From the NCBI GenBank assembly GCA_023205875.1, contig CP060758.1:62001-126000 (forward strand): DNA of 64,000 nucleotides, in the 5' to 3' direction. A program made the position numbers and the translations under genes. The notes under the pieces are model-generated. The model had not been told where the DNA came from and made no database searches. It worked only from the letters and a program-made list of their open reading frames with translations. Positions 21,022 to 32,040 of this stretch are shown piece by piece. Source of the DNA: Chloropicon primus. Taxonomy: Eukaryota. The number at the start of each line of letters is the position of its first letter. Position 1 is the stretch's first letter.

Positions 21022-21480
21022 GGACGACGAAGAAGAGAGGAGCGGCCGAGGAGAGAGGGAGCGGGGTGAAGGACGACGAAGAAGAGAGGAGCGGCCGAGG
21101 AGAGAGGGAGCGGGGTGAAGGAGGACGAAGAAGAGAGGAGCGGCCGAGGAGAGAGGGAGCGGGGTGAAGGAGGACGAAGAAGAGAGGAGCGGCCGAGGAG
21201 AGAGGGAGCGGGGTGAAGGACGACGAAGAAGAGAGGAGCGGCCGAGGAGAGAGGGAGCGGGGTGAAGGACGACGAAGAAGAGAGGAGCGGCCGAGGAGAG
21301 AGGGAGCGGGGTGAAGGAGGACGAAGAAGAGAGGAGCGGCCGAGGAGAGAGGGAGCGGGGTGAAGGAGGACGAAGAAGAGAGGAGCGGCCGAGGAGAGAG
21401 GGAGCGGGGTGAAGGAGGACGAAGGAGGGCCAAGGAGAGAGGGAGCGGGGTGAAGGAGGACGAAGGAGGGCGAAGGAGAG
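21022..21480. repeat. 49-bp purine-rich minisatellite, about 9 copies
   Basis: GGGGTGAAGG recurs at 21063, 21112, 21161, 21210, 21259, 21308, 21357 and 21406. Confidence 0.95.
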
Positions 21481-21537
21481 GGGAGGTTGTGTTTGTGTGT
21501 TTGTGTGTTGAGGTGTTGAGGTGGAAGAGGAAGGAAG

Positions 21538-23235
21538 ATGGCGTCGTCAAGCGGGACGAGGCATAAGAACAGGGAGGACTACCGGAGGGCGATGGAGTTG
21601 GAGGAGGCCCGTAAAGCGGGTCTAGCTCCCGCGGCGCTGGATGAGGACGGGAAGGAGATAAACCCGCACATCCCGCAGTTCATGACGACGGCGCCGTGGT
21701 ACATGCAGAGCGACGGGCCGACGCTCAAGCACCAGCGGTCGTGGAAGAAGGAGGTCCGGGAGTCGGAGAAGGCCAAGGAGAAAGCGGCTGGCACCAAGGA
21801 GTGGTACGAGAGGGGGAAGAAGACATTCCAGGCGACAAAGTACAGGAAGGGCGCTTGCAAGAACTGTGGGGCGATGACGCACAAGACGAAGGACTGCATG
21901 GAGAGGCCGAGGGCTCGGGGGGCCCGGTGGACCAACAAGGACATCGCCGCAGACGAGCACGTCGCGGAGGTGAAGCTCGGTTACGACGGCAAGCGCGACA
22001 GGTGGAACGGTTACGACGCTCGGGACTTTTCGAAAGTTCAGCAGAGGTACGAGAAGATCGAGAGCCTCAAGCAGGAGGAGGCCAAGAAGAAGGAGCTGGA
22101 GGAGAAGTTCAGCAAGGGCAAGGCCGAGGCCGAGGCGGGCGCCGGGGAGGGGGAGGGGGACTTCCTCCTGAAGGACGAGGAGGAGGCGGGCTTCTCCAAG
22201 GTCGAGAAGAGGGTGAGGACGACCGCGGGTGGAGCCACGGGGAGCGTCAGGAACCTCAGAATCCGCGAGGACACGGCCAAGTACCTTTTCAACCTGGACG
22301 TGAACTCCGCGCACTACGACCCCAAGAGCAGGTCGATGAGGGCAGACCCCAACCCGGACCTCCCCGACTCGGAGAAGAAGTTCAGGGGCGACGCCCACCT
22401 GCTGAAGGAGGGCGAGGTTCAGGCGTGGAACAGGCTCGTCCTCCACTCCCAGCTGGGCTCCACGAGTCAGGAGTCTCACATGCAGGCCCTGCCCTCCCAG
22501 GCCGAGGCCCTCTACAAGGAGTTCAAGGCCAAGAAGGAGAAGGTCGTGGCCAAGTCCAAGACGAACATCGAGGACGTGTACGGCAACGCGGCGAGCAAGG
22601 CCAAGGTCGACCAGAGGCTCCTGCGGGGGCAGACGGAGAGGTACGTGGAGTACAACCGGAGGGGCCAGGTGGTCAAGGGGGAGGAGGCCAAGGTGACCTC
22701 CCGGTACGAGGAGGACGTCTTCGTGAACAACCACAAGTCCGTCTGGGGATCCTGGTGGCAGGACGGCGTCTGGGGCTACGCGTGCTGCCGCCAGACCCTG
22801 AAGAACAGCTACTGCACGGGCCTAGCGGAGAGGAACGACGGGAACCACGGCCTGCAAGCCCGGGCCGAGGCCTCCGCGGTGGCGGGGGGACCCGAGGAGG
22901 CGGGGGGGGACGGCAGGAAGATGCTGCAGGCCAAGGGGAAGAGGGCGGCCTCCGGCGGCGGCGGCGGCTTCCAGGGAAAGACCGCCATCTGGGGGGGGGG
23001 GCAGGAGAAGGGCGTGGAGCTGGACCAGGAGAAGCTCAGGAGGGCCCTCGAGAAGGAGAGCGAGAGGGTCGCCTCCAAGGTGGAGTCCGACGACCGCAAG
23101 CGCGGGTACAACTCCCTCCGCGGCGAGAGCGGCTTGGACATGACCCCCGAGGAGATGGAGGCTTACAGGATGAAAAAGATGCGCCCGGACGACCCCATGC
23201 TCAGCTTCAGCAAGGACCACCCGGATGCCGTCTAA
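21538..23235 (+). CDS. SLU7: Pre-mRNA splicing factor SLU7
   Basis: INPHIPQF...APWY, zinc knuckle CKNCGAMTHKTKDC, YDGKRDRWNGYD, VRNLRIREDTAKYL, NHKSVWGSWW. Confidence 0.97.
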   Translation: MASSSGTRHKNREDYRRAMELEEARKAGLAPAALDEDGKEINPHIPQFMTTAPWYMQSDGPTLKHQRSWKKEVRESEKAKEKAAGTKEWYERGKKTFQATKYRKGACKNCGAMTHKTKDCMERPRARGARWTNKDIAADEHVAEVKLGYDGKRDRWNGYDARDFSKVQQRYEKIESLKQEEAKKKELEEKFSKGKAEAEAGAGEGEGDFLLKDEEEAGFSKVEKRVRTTAGGATGSVRNLRIREDTAKYLFNLDVNSAHYDPKSRSMRADPNPDLPDSEKKFRGDAHLLKEGEVQAWNRLVLHSQLGSTSQESHMQALPSQAEALYKEFKAKKEKVVAKSKTNIEDVYGNAASKAKVDQRLLRGQTERYVEYNRRGQVVKGEEAKVTSRYEEDVFVNNHKSVWGSWWQDGVWGYACCRQTLKNSYCTGLAERNDGNHGLQARAEASAVAGGPEEAGGDGRKMLQAKGKRAASGGGGGFQGKTAIWGGGQEKGVELDQEKLRRALEKESERVASKVESDDRKRGYNSLRGESGLDMTPEEMEAYRMKKMRPDDPMLSFSKDHPDAV

Positions 23236-23255
23236 TATTTTAATTGCATCTCGCA

Positions 23256-23450
23256 AAGCAAGTCAGAACATGAACCTCAGGCAAGTTTGGATTGAATTCC
23301 TCGAGCCAAGGTCACGACCTCGCGAAGGGAAAAAAAGCCAAAGAGAGTCCTTACCATAGAATATACCTACGGGCGAGTTGGATGCCCTCGCGACCACCGG
23401 ATCCGCCCTCCTCCCCGACACTCCCACCCCGCTGACGCCCTTTATCCATT
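23256..23450 (-). pseudogene. Relic duplicate of flavodoxin exon 1 and part of its intron
   Basis: Similar to 20751-20900 (aagcaagtcagaaca...caggcaa(a)gtttggatt...ccttaccatagaatat). Translates VVARASNSPVGIFY|GTAAG versus LVARAAKPTLGIFY|GTAAG. Confidence 0.75.
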
Positions 23451-23675
23451 TCGGGAGATCTGCGGAACCTGAGGCTGAGAAGCGAGCTCGAGGACAGGAG
23501 GTGAGTGCAGGGGCGAGGGCGTGGGACGCGGCGAGGGGGGCGGCGAGAGGGCGAAGAGGTCAGGTTCTCCGCGTTCTGCTCTTTCGTTCGAGCCCTCCGT
23601 TGGAAGGAATGACGTCGTGATGAGGATGCGAGAGACTGATGAAACGAGTTGCTCCTGCCAAGAGTAGGAAACATC

Positions 23676-24257
23676 ATGTCTGCTAGAGGGGAGACCAAGG
23701 TGGCGATGCTTCGCTACGCAATGCTGGTCTTAGCAGCGACCATGGCCTTCGTGATTGTAAGTCAGAGCTGCATCTTTCTCTGGTGGTGGTGGGCGGGAGG
23801 TGCTCGCGAAGCTGACTCTCTTGCTCTCTCTGCTCCTGATCACAAGGTTTATACCTGTACGACAGTTGGCACGCCGTTTAAAGCCGAGTACTTGACGGGC
23901 TGGATGCCAGCGACGCTCATCGACTTTTACGTGAACGTGCTTGTCTTGCTCTGCTGGGTCTGGTACAAGGAAGGTGAGTGCCACCCAACTCACTCAACCT
24001 CTCGAGAGTTGTTGTTTGTTGTCGTCACTCCTTGCGCCTGACACTCCTGCTGCGTTCCGTGCCCCTCCACAGAGTCCTGGCTTTCTAGGTTATTTTGGAC
24101 GGCGATGCTCGTGTGCTTGGGCAGCTTCGGGACAACGCTGTACGTGTTCTTGAAGCTCTCCGCCATGCCCAGGCCTCGCAGCATCCAGAAACTTTTGCTG
24201 AGGAGGGATGCCAGCCTCGGCTCGGCAGAGGCCTCAAACGATTTCCTCATCTCTTGA
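23676..24257 (+). CDS. Small multi-pass membrane protein, DUF1475-like, 2 introns
   Basis: Spliced VYTCTTVGTPF...WMPATLIDFYVNV...WVWYKE|SWLSRLFWTAMLVCLGS, matching my recollection of the plant DUF1475 pattern. Confidence 0.75.
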
Positions 24258-24371
24258 GAGGGAGAGATGGGGATGGGAAGGCGGCAACGGCACAGCAACA
24301 ACCGCAAGGGCTTGCTTGCTTGCTTTTTGTAACAATAAAAAATGAAGTGGATTTATAACATTATTTCTCAA

Positions 24372-25694
24372 TTAGCTAATAAACACCCAAAGCCAACCGG
24401 CCATCGCCCCCGAGGAGAGGCCAAACAGCAGGAAGAACACCATCATGGTCCCCGCGACCTCGGCCTTCTGGCCGTCGAACAGAGTCGGAGCAGTGGCCAT
24501 GGCGGCGGTCGTCAAATACCCGTTCGTCAGACCCAAGCTGACAGTTACAATGAAGAACGCGATGTCTTGAAGGCCCTCCTGCACGAAGACGGCATAGATG
24601 GGAACAAAGGCGATCCTCATGATGCTGAAGGCGAACAAGATGCCCCCGTCCTTCACCAGGTACCTCTGCGGGCACATCTTCCCGGTCATGTCCCCCAAGT
24701 TGAACACTGTGATCAAGAACAGCGAGTACCAAGACTTGAGGGTCGAGGACTTGAGGTTTTCCGCCAAGACGCCCGGGAAGATGGACAGGGTGACGAGGTA
24801 CCCGATGAAGACGGCCATGGCGTACATCCACAGCTCCTTGAAGATGGGCATCAGCTGCACCTCCCCGACCCCTTGAAGGCTCGTTTCCCCCTCGTCCTTC
24901 TGCTTCGAGACCGCTTCGATTGCAGTGGGGTGCTCCAGCGCGTTGTACTTCTCTGCGATTTCTATGTTCACGCTGCTGCCGTTACCGTTCTCGCTGCTGC
25001 TGTATCCCTTGAGCAGAGGCGTCCCGGAGCCCCTCCGGAGAGCCTCCTGCTTTCTTTGCCACTTTATGATGGGCAAGTGGGGCACCACCCTCTGGTGCAG
25101 GTACATACAGAACAGGGAGAAGACGCCGCCCGCTGCAAAGTAAACGTACACCCCCTTAACCAACCCGTTGGGGGAGTCCCCGAAAGCGATCTTGGTCCCG
25201 ATTCTCAGGACAGAGATGAAGACGCCCGAGACCGCCGTGCCCACGACGAGGGCACTGGTGTACTTGACCGGCAGCGGTCCGGTCAAGCCAAACAAGCTTC
25301 CCTGCACAAACCCATTCGCCACGGCGATCACCGCGACGAAGCAGAGCGTTATTATCATCGACAGCTGGTTCCCCCCCCCGTGCATGTCATCGTTGTGAGG
25401 GAACAACGCCCTGTCGGTCACCGGCACGCCCATCATGGAGACCGAGTACGCGGCGAACCCGAACAGGATTCTCGTGTTCAGGTCGATGCTCGAGCCAAAC
25501 TTCACGAGAAGTCCCGTCACGATCACATTGATTGTCATGTAAAGCACAGGTATCACCCTGTCCGGGTGGTACTGCGGGTAAAAGTGCTGGTAGTAGTCCA
25601 CTGCCGTCACAAAGGCGTTCCAAGGCAGCAGGGAGCCTATTCCAAGGCAAAGCATGCACAAGTACGCCAACCTATCTTTCGGAAGCTGGTCCAT
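24372..25694 (-). CDS. ENT: Equilibrative nucleoside transporter
   Basis: LGIGSLLPWNAFVTA.DY, VTLSIFPG, FNLGD..GK, LGLTNGY; about 11 TM segments. The 5' end is uncertain. Confidence 0.93.
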   Translation of the reverse strand: MDQLPKDRLAYLCMLCLGIGSLLPWNAFVTAVDYYQHFYPQYHPDRVIPVLYMTINVIVTGLLVKFGSSIDLNTRILFGFAAYSVSMMGVPVTDRALFPHNDDMHGGGNQLSMIITLCFVAVIAVANGFVQGSLFGLTGPLPVKYTSALVVGTAVSGVFISVLRIGTKIAFGDSPNGLVKGVYVYFAAGGVFSLFCMYLHQRVVPHLPIIKWQRKQEALRRGSGTPLLKGYSSSENGNGSSVNIEIAEKYNALEHPTAIEAVSKQKDEGETSLQGVGEVQLMPIFKELWMYAMAVFIGYLVTLSIFPGVLAENLKSSTLKSWYSLFLITVFNLGDMTGKMCPQRYLVKDGGILFAFSIMRIAFVPIYAVFVQEGLQDIAFFIVTVSLGLTNGYLTTAAMATAPTLFDGQKAEVAGTMMVFFLLFGLSSGAMAGWLWVFIS

Positions 25695-26389
25695 CTTTTT
25701 CACCAAGCCAAAACTGTGTCCCCTCTCTGATTCACTCTCCTCCTCCTCCTCCTCCTCAAAGCCAGCCTCGTTGCTGGTCCTCCTTCAAAGTGCTAGGTGG
25801 TCGTGCCTCAAAAACGACAACGACGTATACTCATATCCTCTCTCTTGTACACCGCCTCTGCCTTGCACACCGCCTCAGCCTTGCACACCGCCTCTGCCTT
25901 CGAACCAAGGGCGCTCTCGCCCCGGAGCACGATTCGCCGAGGCCCTCGCGTCTCTCCCTCTCCCTCTCGCCCCCCCCCTGCCCTTCCTTCCTCGCCGTCA
26001 CGAGGTCGCCAGCACAGCACCTACCAGGACGTCGCTCGTCGCCTGAGGCGTCAAAACCCTCAACAGAGGCACCTATCGAAAGCTCACGAGAAGAGCACCC
26101 CCGTCAATACGTCTCCTTCCCCTCTCGCCCGCCTCCTCGTCGCCTCGTCGCCTCCCTCGTTCTCGCCCGCGTCAAGGAAAGTGCCGCTGTTCTGGGGCGT
26201 GTTCTCGTCTCTCCGTCAGCACCCCGAAACCTTGAGAATCTTGTCCGCGGGACGAGTGTGCTAATTCCATCTTGAGCCGTTTGAATCCTGCTTTTTTGGC
26301 GCGGGTTGTATTGTGAATCAGTTTACAACTTCACAACGAGGGGAACGAGGGGGAGGAGGGAGGGGCCGAGGAGGAGGATGTGGACTCGT

Positions 26390-27265
26390 GGCGGGGAGTG
26401 GGAACCAGGAGGATGGATGACGAGGACGGACAACCGCACACACCAGCACGCCAGATAATCCAACACGAGGAGGAGAAGCAGCATGATCGTGATCGTCGGT
26501 CGTGATCGTGAGGAGGAGGTTGCGATGATGTGACCACGAGGCGGGGAGTGGGAACCAGGAGGATGGATGACGAGGACGGACAACCGCACACACCAGCACG
26601 CCAGATAATCCAACACGAGGAGGAGAAGCAGCATGATCGTGATCGTCGGTCGTGATCGTGAGGAGGAGGTTGCGATGATGTGACCACGAGGCGGGGAGTG
26701 GGAACCAGGAGGATGGATGACGAGGACGGACAACCGCACACACCAGCACGCCAGATAATCCAACACGAGGAGGAGAAGCAGCATGATCGTGATCGTCGGT
26801 CGTGATCACGAGGAGGAGGTTGCGATGATGTGACCACGAGGCGGGGAGTGGGAACCAGGAGGATGGATGACGAGGACGGACAACCGCACACACCAGCACG
26901 CCAGATAATCCAACACGAGGAGGAGAAGCAGCATGATCGTGATCGTCGGTCGTGATCGTGAGGAGGAGGTTGCGATGATGTGACCACGAGGCGGGGAGTG
27001 GGAACCAGGAGGATGGATGACGAGGACGGACAACCGCACACACCAGCACGCCAGATAATCCAACACGAGGAGGAGAAGCAGCATGATCGTGATCGTCGGT
27101 CGTGATCACGAGGAGGAGGTTGCGATGATGTGACCACGAGGCGGGGAGTGGGAACCAGGAGGATGGATGACGAGGACGGACAACCGCACACACCAGCACG
27201 CCAGATAATCCAACACGAGGAGGAGAAGCAGCATGATCGTGATCGTCGATCTTGATCGTGAGGAG
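26390..27265. repeat. 150-bp tandem repeat, about 5.8 near-identical copies
   Basis: GGAACCAGGAGGATGG at 26401, 26551, 26701, 26851, 27001 and 27151. Confidence 0.97.
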
Positions 27266-27490
27266 GGGAGGAGGGTGGATTGTGGAAAGCGGTCGTGCCC
27301 CTCTATCAGGAGGAGGGCGCGGGATCCACACCCGAACCCAGCAGGGACGGCACACTGGGACGTTTGCTATGATGAGAAAGAGTGATGATGGACTGAGTGG
27401 TGATGGATTTACTTTGGATTTACTCTGGACATTGTGATTCCCATGCGTCATCTCCCTTCGTTGCACAACAGCAAAAAACTTGGTTTCATC

Positions 27491-29161
27491 TCACGGCTTG
27501 ATAACGCTCGCCCTGTCGAGGGTCCCAGCGTGGACGCTCGGGTCCGTTCGGAGGACGTCCCGGGCCCGGGAGGGGAGGCACAGGTGCACGTACGCCGCGC
27601 CCTCGGCGTCGCCCAGGACGATCGCGGTCCAGGGGCACCGGGGAAACATCCCGGGGAAGACGCTCGCGGGGGGCTTGGCGAGCCCGAAATCGAGGTCCTG
27701 AAAGGGAAACTGCCAGCTCGTCACAAAACAGTCGTGGTAGCAAGGGAGGGAAGTCACCAGGGCCGGCAAAGTCTTGGCGATCGAGGTCTCCTGGCTCACC
27801 CCCCAGACCAGGTCCATGATGCCCTTGGACTTGCCCCCGCCGTCGAGGCCGGAGACGGCTCCCCGGACGGCGAGGGCGCACTCCGCGAGGGACATCTCCG
27901 GCTCGGCAGAAATCTCAACGGCAACCGCAGCGTTGCCAAAATAACGCTCGTTCAAGTTCTCCACCCTGTTCCTCGCCCTGAGATCGGCCGCGAAGAGCAT
28001 CCTGGACCGATTCTCTCGGTCGGTCCCCCTCAGGTGTCCCAACCTCTGCTGCAGCTTTCGCATCAGGATCCAGGCGTAGGCGACCGCGATGTCGTTCTTG
28101 GAGATCCTCTCCGCCCGGCCCTCGGCGCGGGCTTGGGCGGCCTGCCTCTCCTTGATCTCGCCCATCTGCTCCGGGCAGATCTTCACAACGACTGTAGCGA
28201 GCTTCCCGCCCTTCACGACCTCCCAGAGCAGCTTGAAGAGGTACCTGACGGATCCCCAGGTGCCAAGTGTCGTCGTCGACGACGACGACGGCGGTGGTGA
28301 CGATGGCGGGGCGCTCTCATGGCCTCCGCTCGGGGATCCCCCCTGGCCACCAAGAGGTCCTTGCGGGTGGACCCTCCTCCCCGATTGGAGCTTGCTCGTG
28401 GCGGCCGCGAGACTCGCTGCCGTCGACAGCTTTGCGTCCCTCAGCAGCGAGGACGGCAAACCGTCGTCGGCAGCGTCACCCCCCCCGCCGAGAGGAGCGT
28501 GAAAGGAATCGATCTCGTCCCTCGTGCATAGATCCGCGAGGGGCTGGTAGGTGAGCACCCTCCTGTCCGTGAACGGCTTGGCGTAGGGCTCTCCTTGGTA
28601 TTGGAGGGAGAGGGCCGCGAGGACCTGCGCCAAGGACCTGCCGTCGACAAGGGCGTGGGGCACCGTCACCCCCAGGACGGTTCCGCCGTCCAGCAAGTGC
28701 GTCAAGCGGAAGGAGAGGACGGGGTCCTTCCCCTTGTACACCCTCTTCAGGTCCATGGGGTTCACGTACGACGGCTTGGACGAGGCCTCCTCCGTTTCCA
28801 GGACCAGCGTGCCGCTCAACGCGCTCGACCTCCTCGTGCCCTTGCCGACGACCACACGGACGCCCGTGTTGTTGTGGCTCACGACATTGCCCGACGAGAA
28901 CCGGCCGGCGAGGACCGGGTAGTCCACCAGGACCGTCGCCAGGGCCTCCCTGAACCTCCCCTCGTCGATCCTGCTCTCGTACACGAACGCCCACGCGAGG
29001 ACCGCCTGCCTCGGCAAGGGATGCATGTCGATCGGCGTCAGCTCGGTCGCATCCTTGGCGGGACACGTCCCGAGAACCCCTCGACAGTACACCGTGAACT
29101 CCTCCGTCTTCCACCACTCCATCGTCCCGTCCCTTGCCGTCGCCATGCCGCGCTCCTCCAT
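27491..29161 (-). CDS. BAHD-family acyltransferase
   Basis: YPVLAGR, HALVDG (HxxxDG), YFGNA, DLDFGLAKP (DFGWG-like). Confidence 0.88.
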   Translation of the reverse strand: MEERGMATARDGTMEWWKTEEFTVYCRGVLGTCPAKDATELTPIDMHPLPRQAVLAWAFVYESRIDEGRFREALATVLVDYPVLAGRFSSGNVVSHNNTGVRVVVGKGTRRSSALSGTLVLETEEASSKPSYVNPMDLKRVYKGKDPVLSFRLTHLLDGGTVLGVTVPHALVDGRSLAQVLAALSLQYQGEPYAKPFTDRRVLTYQPLADLCTRDEIDSFHAPLGGGGDAADDGLPSSLLRDAKLSTAASLAAATSKLQSGRRVHPQGPLGGQGGSPSGGHESAPPSSPPPSSSSTTTLGTWGSVRYLFKLLWEVVKGGKLATVVVKICPEQMGEIKERQAAQARAEGRAERISKNDIAVAYAWILMRKLQQRLGHLRGTDRENRSRMLFAADLRARNRVENLNERYFGNAAVAVEISAEPEMSLAECALAVRGAVSGLDGGGKSKGIMDLVWGVSQETSIAKTLPALVTSLPCYHDCFVTSWQFPFQDLDFGLAKPPASVFPGMFPRCPWTAIVLGDAEGAAYVHLCLPSRARDVLRTDPSVHAGTLDRASVIKP

Positions 29162-29641
29162 TCTGAACGCACCGACCGTAACGGTCGAGGGTGCACTCGT
29201 CCCAAGGGCAGCATCCTCTCTCGCGCGCGTCGAGGAGCAAGGCAGCCGAGGAGTTTTGGGACGAGGACGAGGGCTCTCCCCTGTTGTGGTGGCAATGTGT
29301 GCGTGCGTGTTCGTGCCTTACTTCTTGTCCTCCTCCTCCTCCTCCTCCTCCTCTTCCTCCTTCTCCCCTGTCGTCCTTCAACGGTGGAGGGCAATGGACG
29401 TACGCCGTGGGCCGGCCGCGCTCGGGCCCCGGGGTCGTGCTCAACAAATGTTTTGTCTATAATACAAAATAGAGGAGACAAAGTGAAGCAAAGGGTGTGA
29501 TAGCCCGAAGCTAAAGCCACGCTCCCCGCTTTGACTCGGAGCCCCAATCCCGAGACCCGAGACCCAATCCCGAGACCCGAAGACGCCGGCCGCTTCCGCC
29601 GCCTCCGTCCTCGGTCCGCTCTTTCTTCTTTCTTTCTACAA

Positions 29642-31561
29642 TTACATGATCTTCGTGGGAGGAATCTGCAGGTCCTCGTTGATCTTGCTGTTCAGGTAGT
29701 TCTGCAGCAGCTTTTGAAGCTCGAGGTTCTCCTTCTGAAGGCTCTGCGTCTCGTTCAAGAGAGAGTTCCTCGACTGGAGCTCCTTGTAGTAGTCTTGCAG
29801 GTTGTTCTCCAAGGCGTTCCAGATGCGGAACATCTGGGGGCTGATCACGTTGGCCAGCCTTTCCCAGTAAATCTTGTCCTTGTCCACGTGCTGCCTCTGC
29901 CCGAGCCTGAACCCCTTGGCGCCCACCGAGGCGGCTGCCGATGCTGTGGCCGCGAGATTCGACTGGACGAAGAGCTTCAAGCGCTTCACGACCTCGCTGG
30001 CGTCCACGAGGGCCGAGCTCGTCTCGTCCTTCTGAAGGATCGCCATGAGAGCATCGAACCCGGGGCCGTCCGAAATCTCCAGGGCGTTCAGAATCTTTTT
30101 CGCGGCGTCCTCCTTGGACAGATCCTTCTGACTTGTCGGGGACCCGCCGCTCAAAAACTTTGACTCGCTGATAAGGAGCTCGAGCGTGGCCGTGAACTGA
30201 GGATCCCTCAGCTTCTCGTCGAGCTGCCTCGCCAAGGCATCCTCGTCCGAACTGCCCTTGTCGGACTCCTCCTCCTCCGCAATCTGCTCCTCCTTGGGGG
30301 ACTCGAAAAGCTCCTTGTCCGGGGCCACCCACTTCATGCCAAGCTGCTGCTCGTGAATGATCTTATCTGCTTGCAAGACCTTGTCCACGAACTTGGAGAC
30401 GATCTCCTGGTTCATGTTCCAGACCTCCTCGAACTTCCTCATGTCGGCCGCCTGGAAGTGCTTGTACTTGTTCTGAAGATCCTTGAACTGCTCCGTGATC
30501 CTCTTGTACTCCTCCGTGAGCTTCAGGTTCTCCTCCTGGAACTTCTTGTCGCTGTCCGCGTACCGGTTTTTCAGGTTCGAAAGCAAGTCCCTCTGCCTCG
30601 CAATCTTTCTCTTCTGCTGGTTGATAGTGCTCTGGTTCTCCTGGTCACGCTCCACCAGAACCCTGTAGTTGTACTCCAGCTTCTCCGTGTTCAGCTGGTA
30701 CGTCGCTCGCATCGCCTCCAGGTGCTGCTCCAAGTTCTGGATGTCCGTCTCCAGCCTGATCTTCAGAATGTTGTAGTCCTCGGCGTCAGCCTGCCTGAGC
30801 TTCTCGAGCTGCTGCTGGTACTGCTCCGCCCTCTCCTGCGCCGCCTCCATGTAGTGCTGCTCCATCTGGTTCCTCTTCTCGAACAAGTGAAGCATCTCGC
30901 CCTTGTGGTTCTCCACAATATCCTTCCTCTCCACCAGGAAGGCGTTCTCTATCTCCTCGAGCTCCTCCTGGTACGCCCTCTCCAGCTTCCTGAACTGCCC
31001 GCCCATGTTCGATATCAGCAGGTCAACATCCTCGGCGTACCGCTTCAGGGTCTTGGAATACTCGTCGTCCTTCTGCTTCAGCTCGGTCTTCAACTGGTCC
31101 AGGAGCTCGTCCTTGCTGTCGATCACGCTCTGCGTGGAGTCCTTCACCGCCTGAATCTCCTTGTACAGCTCCTGGGGGACGTTGAACTTGTAGAGCTCCC
31201 CCCAAGAAAGGGAGATGGAAGCATTCTCCCTCGCGCTCTTCTCCGCCTCGCGCAAGAGCTCCGCGCGAAGGGTCTGCCTCTGCTGCTCCTCATCGATTTG
31301 CCTCAGGTTCTCCCTGTTGTCGTTCACGACCCTAATGTCCGTCACCACGTCATTGCCGTCGAGCTTGAGCCTGTAGAGCCTCTTCCTGCTCTCCACTATC
31401 TGCTGCTTCCCTCTGCTCGTCTCCTTCTTCTCAATGTTTTCCTTCTTCGACACGCCTCCTTCTCCTTGGAGCTTGGCGTTGATACGCTCCTGGATGCGCC
31501 TCCGCCTGGCGAGGATGCGCTCCTCCCGCTCCGCTGCCGTTGATATGCGGTCGCCGTCCAT
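29642..31561 (-). CDS. DRC1: Dynein regulatory complex subunit 1 (CCDC164)
   Basis: REERILARRRRI N-terminus, LEQHLEAMRATYQLNTEKLEYNYRVL, ADKIIHEQQLG, LLQNYLNSKINEDLQIPPT. Confidence 0.9.
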   Translation of the reverse strand: MDGDRISTAAEREERILARRRRIQERINAKLQGEGGVSKKENIEKKETSRGKQQIVESRKRLYRLKLDGNDVVTDIRVVNDNRENLRQIDEEQQRQTLRAELLREAEKSARENASISLSWGELYKFNVPQELYKEIQAVKDSTQSVIDSKDELLDQLKTELKQKDDEYSKTLKRYAEDVDLLISNMGGQFRKLERAYQEELEEIENAFLVERKDIVENHKGEMLHLFEKRNQMEQHYMEAAQERAEQYQQQLEKLRQADAEDYNILKIRLETDIQNLEQHLEAMRATYQLNTEKLEYNYRVLVERDQENQSTINQQKRKIARQRDLLSNLKNRYADSDKKFQEENLKLTEEYKRITEQFKDLQNKYKHFQAADMRKFEEVWNMNQEIVSKFVDKVLQADKIIHEQQLGMKWVAPDKELFESPKEEQIAEEEESDKGSSDEDALARQLDEKLRDPQFTATLELLISESKFLSGGSPTSQKDLSKEDAAKKILNALEISDGPGFDALMAILQKDETSSALVDASEVVKRLKLFVQSNLAATASAAASVGAKGFRLGQRQHVDKDKIYWERLANVISPQMFRIWNALENNLQDYYKELQSRNSLLNETQSLQKENLELQKLLQNYLNSKINEDLQIPPTKIM

Positions 31562-32040
31562 CCTTCTTGACTTGGACTCCTCTCCCTTCTACACTCGTTT
31601 CTTTGCTCCTCTCTTGGACCAGCCTAGAGTCCCATCCCACGCGACACAAGATGTGATGTGATGTGATGTGTTGTCCCGGGTTCCAAGATGTCAATCTTTG
31701 GACAACCAAAAGACACTACTCGACTGAAGGCTCCACCACCTCGGTCCTTGACCTGTTGTGGATACAATGCACCGCCAAAGGTCGCGCCTTTGCCTTTGCC
31801 TTTGCCTCTGCAAAGCTTCTCGTGTGTCGTGCTTCTCGTGTCTCGTGTCGCTCGTCCAACGGCAAGGGCCTCTCCTCGTGATGGATGTAGATTTTCCATC
31901 TTGAGAGGAACCTTGGAAGAAATCAGTTTAGAGTCAAAGGAAAAAAAAAAGAAAAAGAGGTCTAATTCTAGTTCACATTTGAAGTGTTTTCCTTTTCCTC
32001 CTCCTCCAAGAGAGAAAGAGAAAGGGGCCGGCGTGAAGCG

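Noticed and set aside
26390..27265. CRISPR array
   Set aside because: Units are identical end to end with no unique spacers; eukaryotic context and no cas genes.
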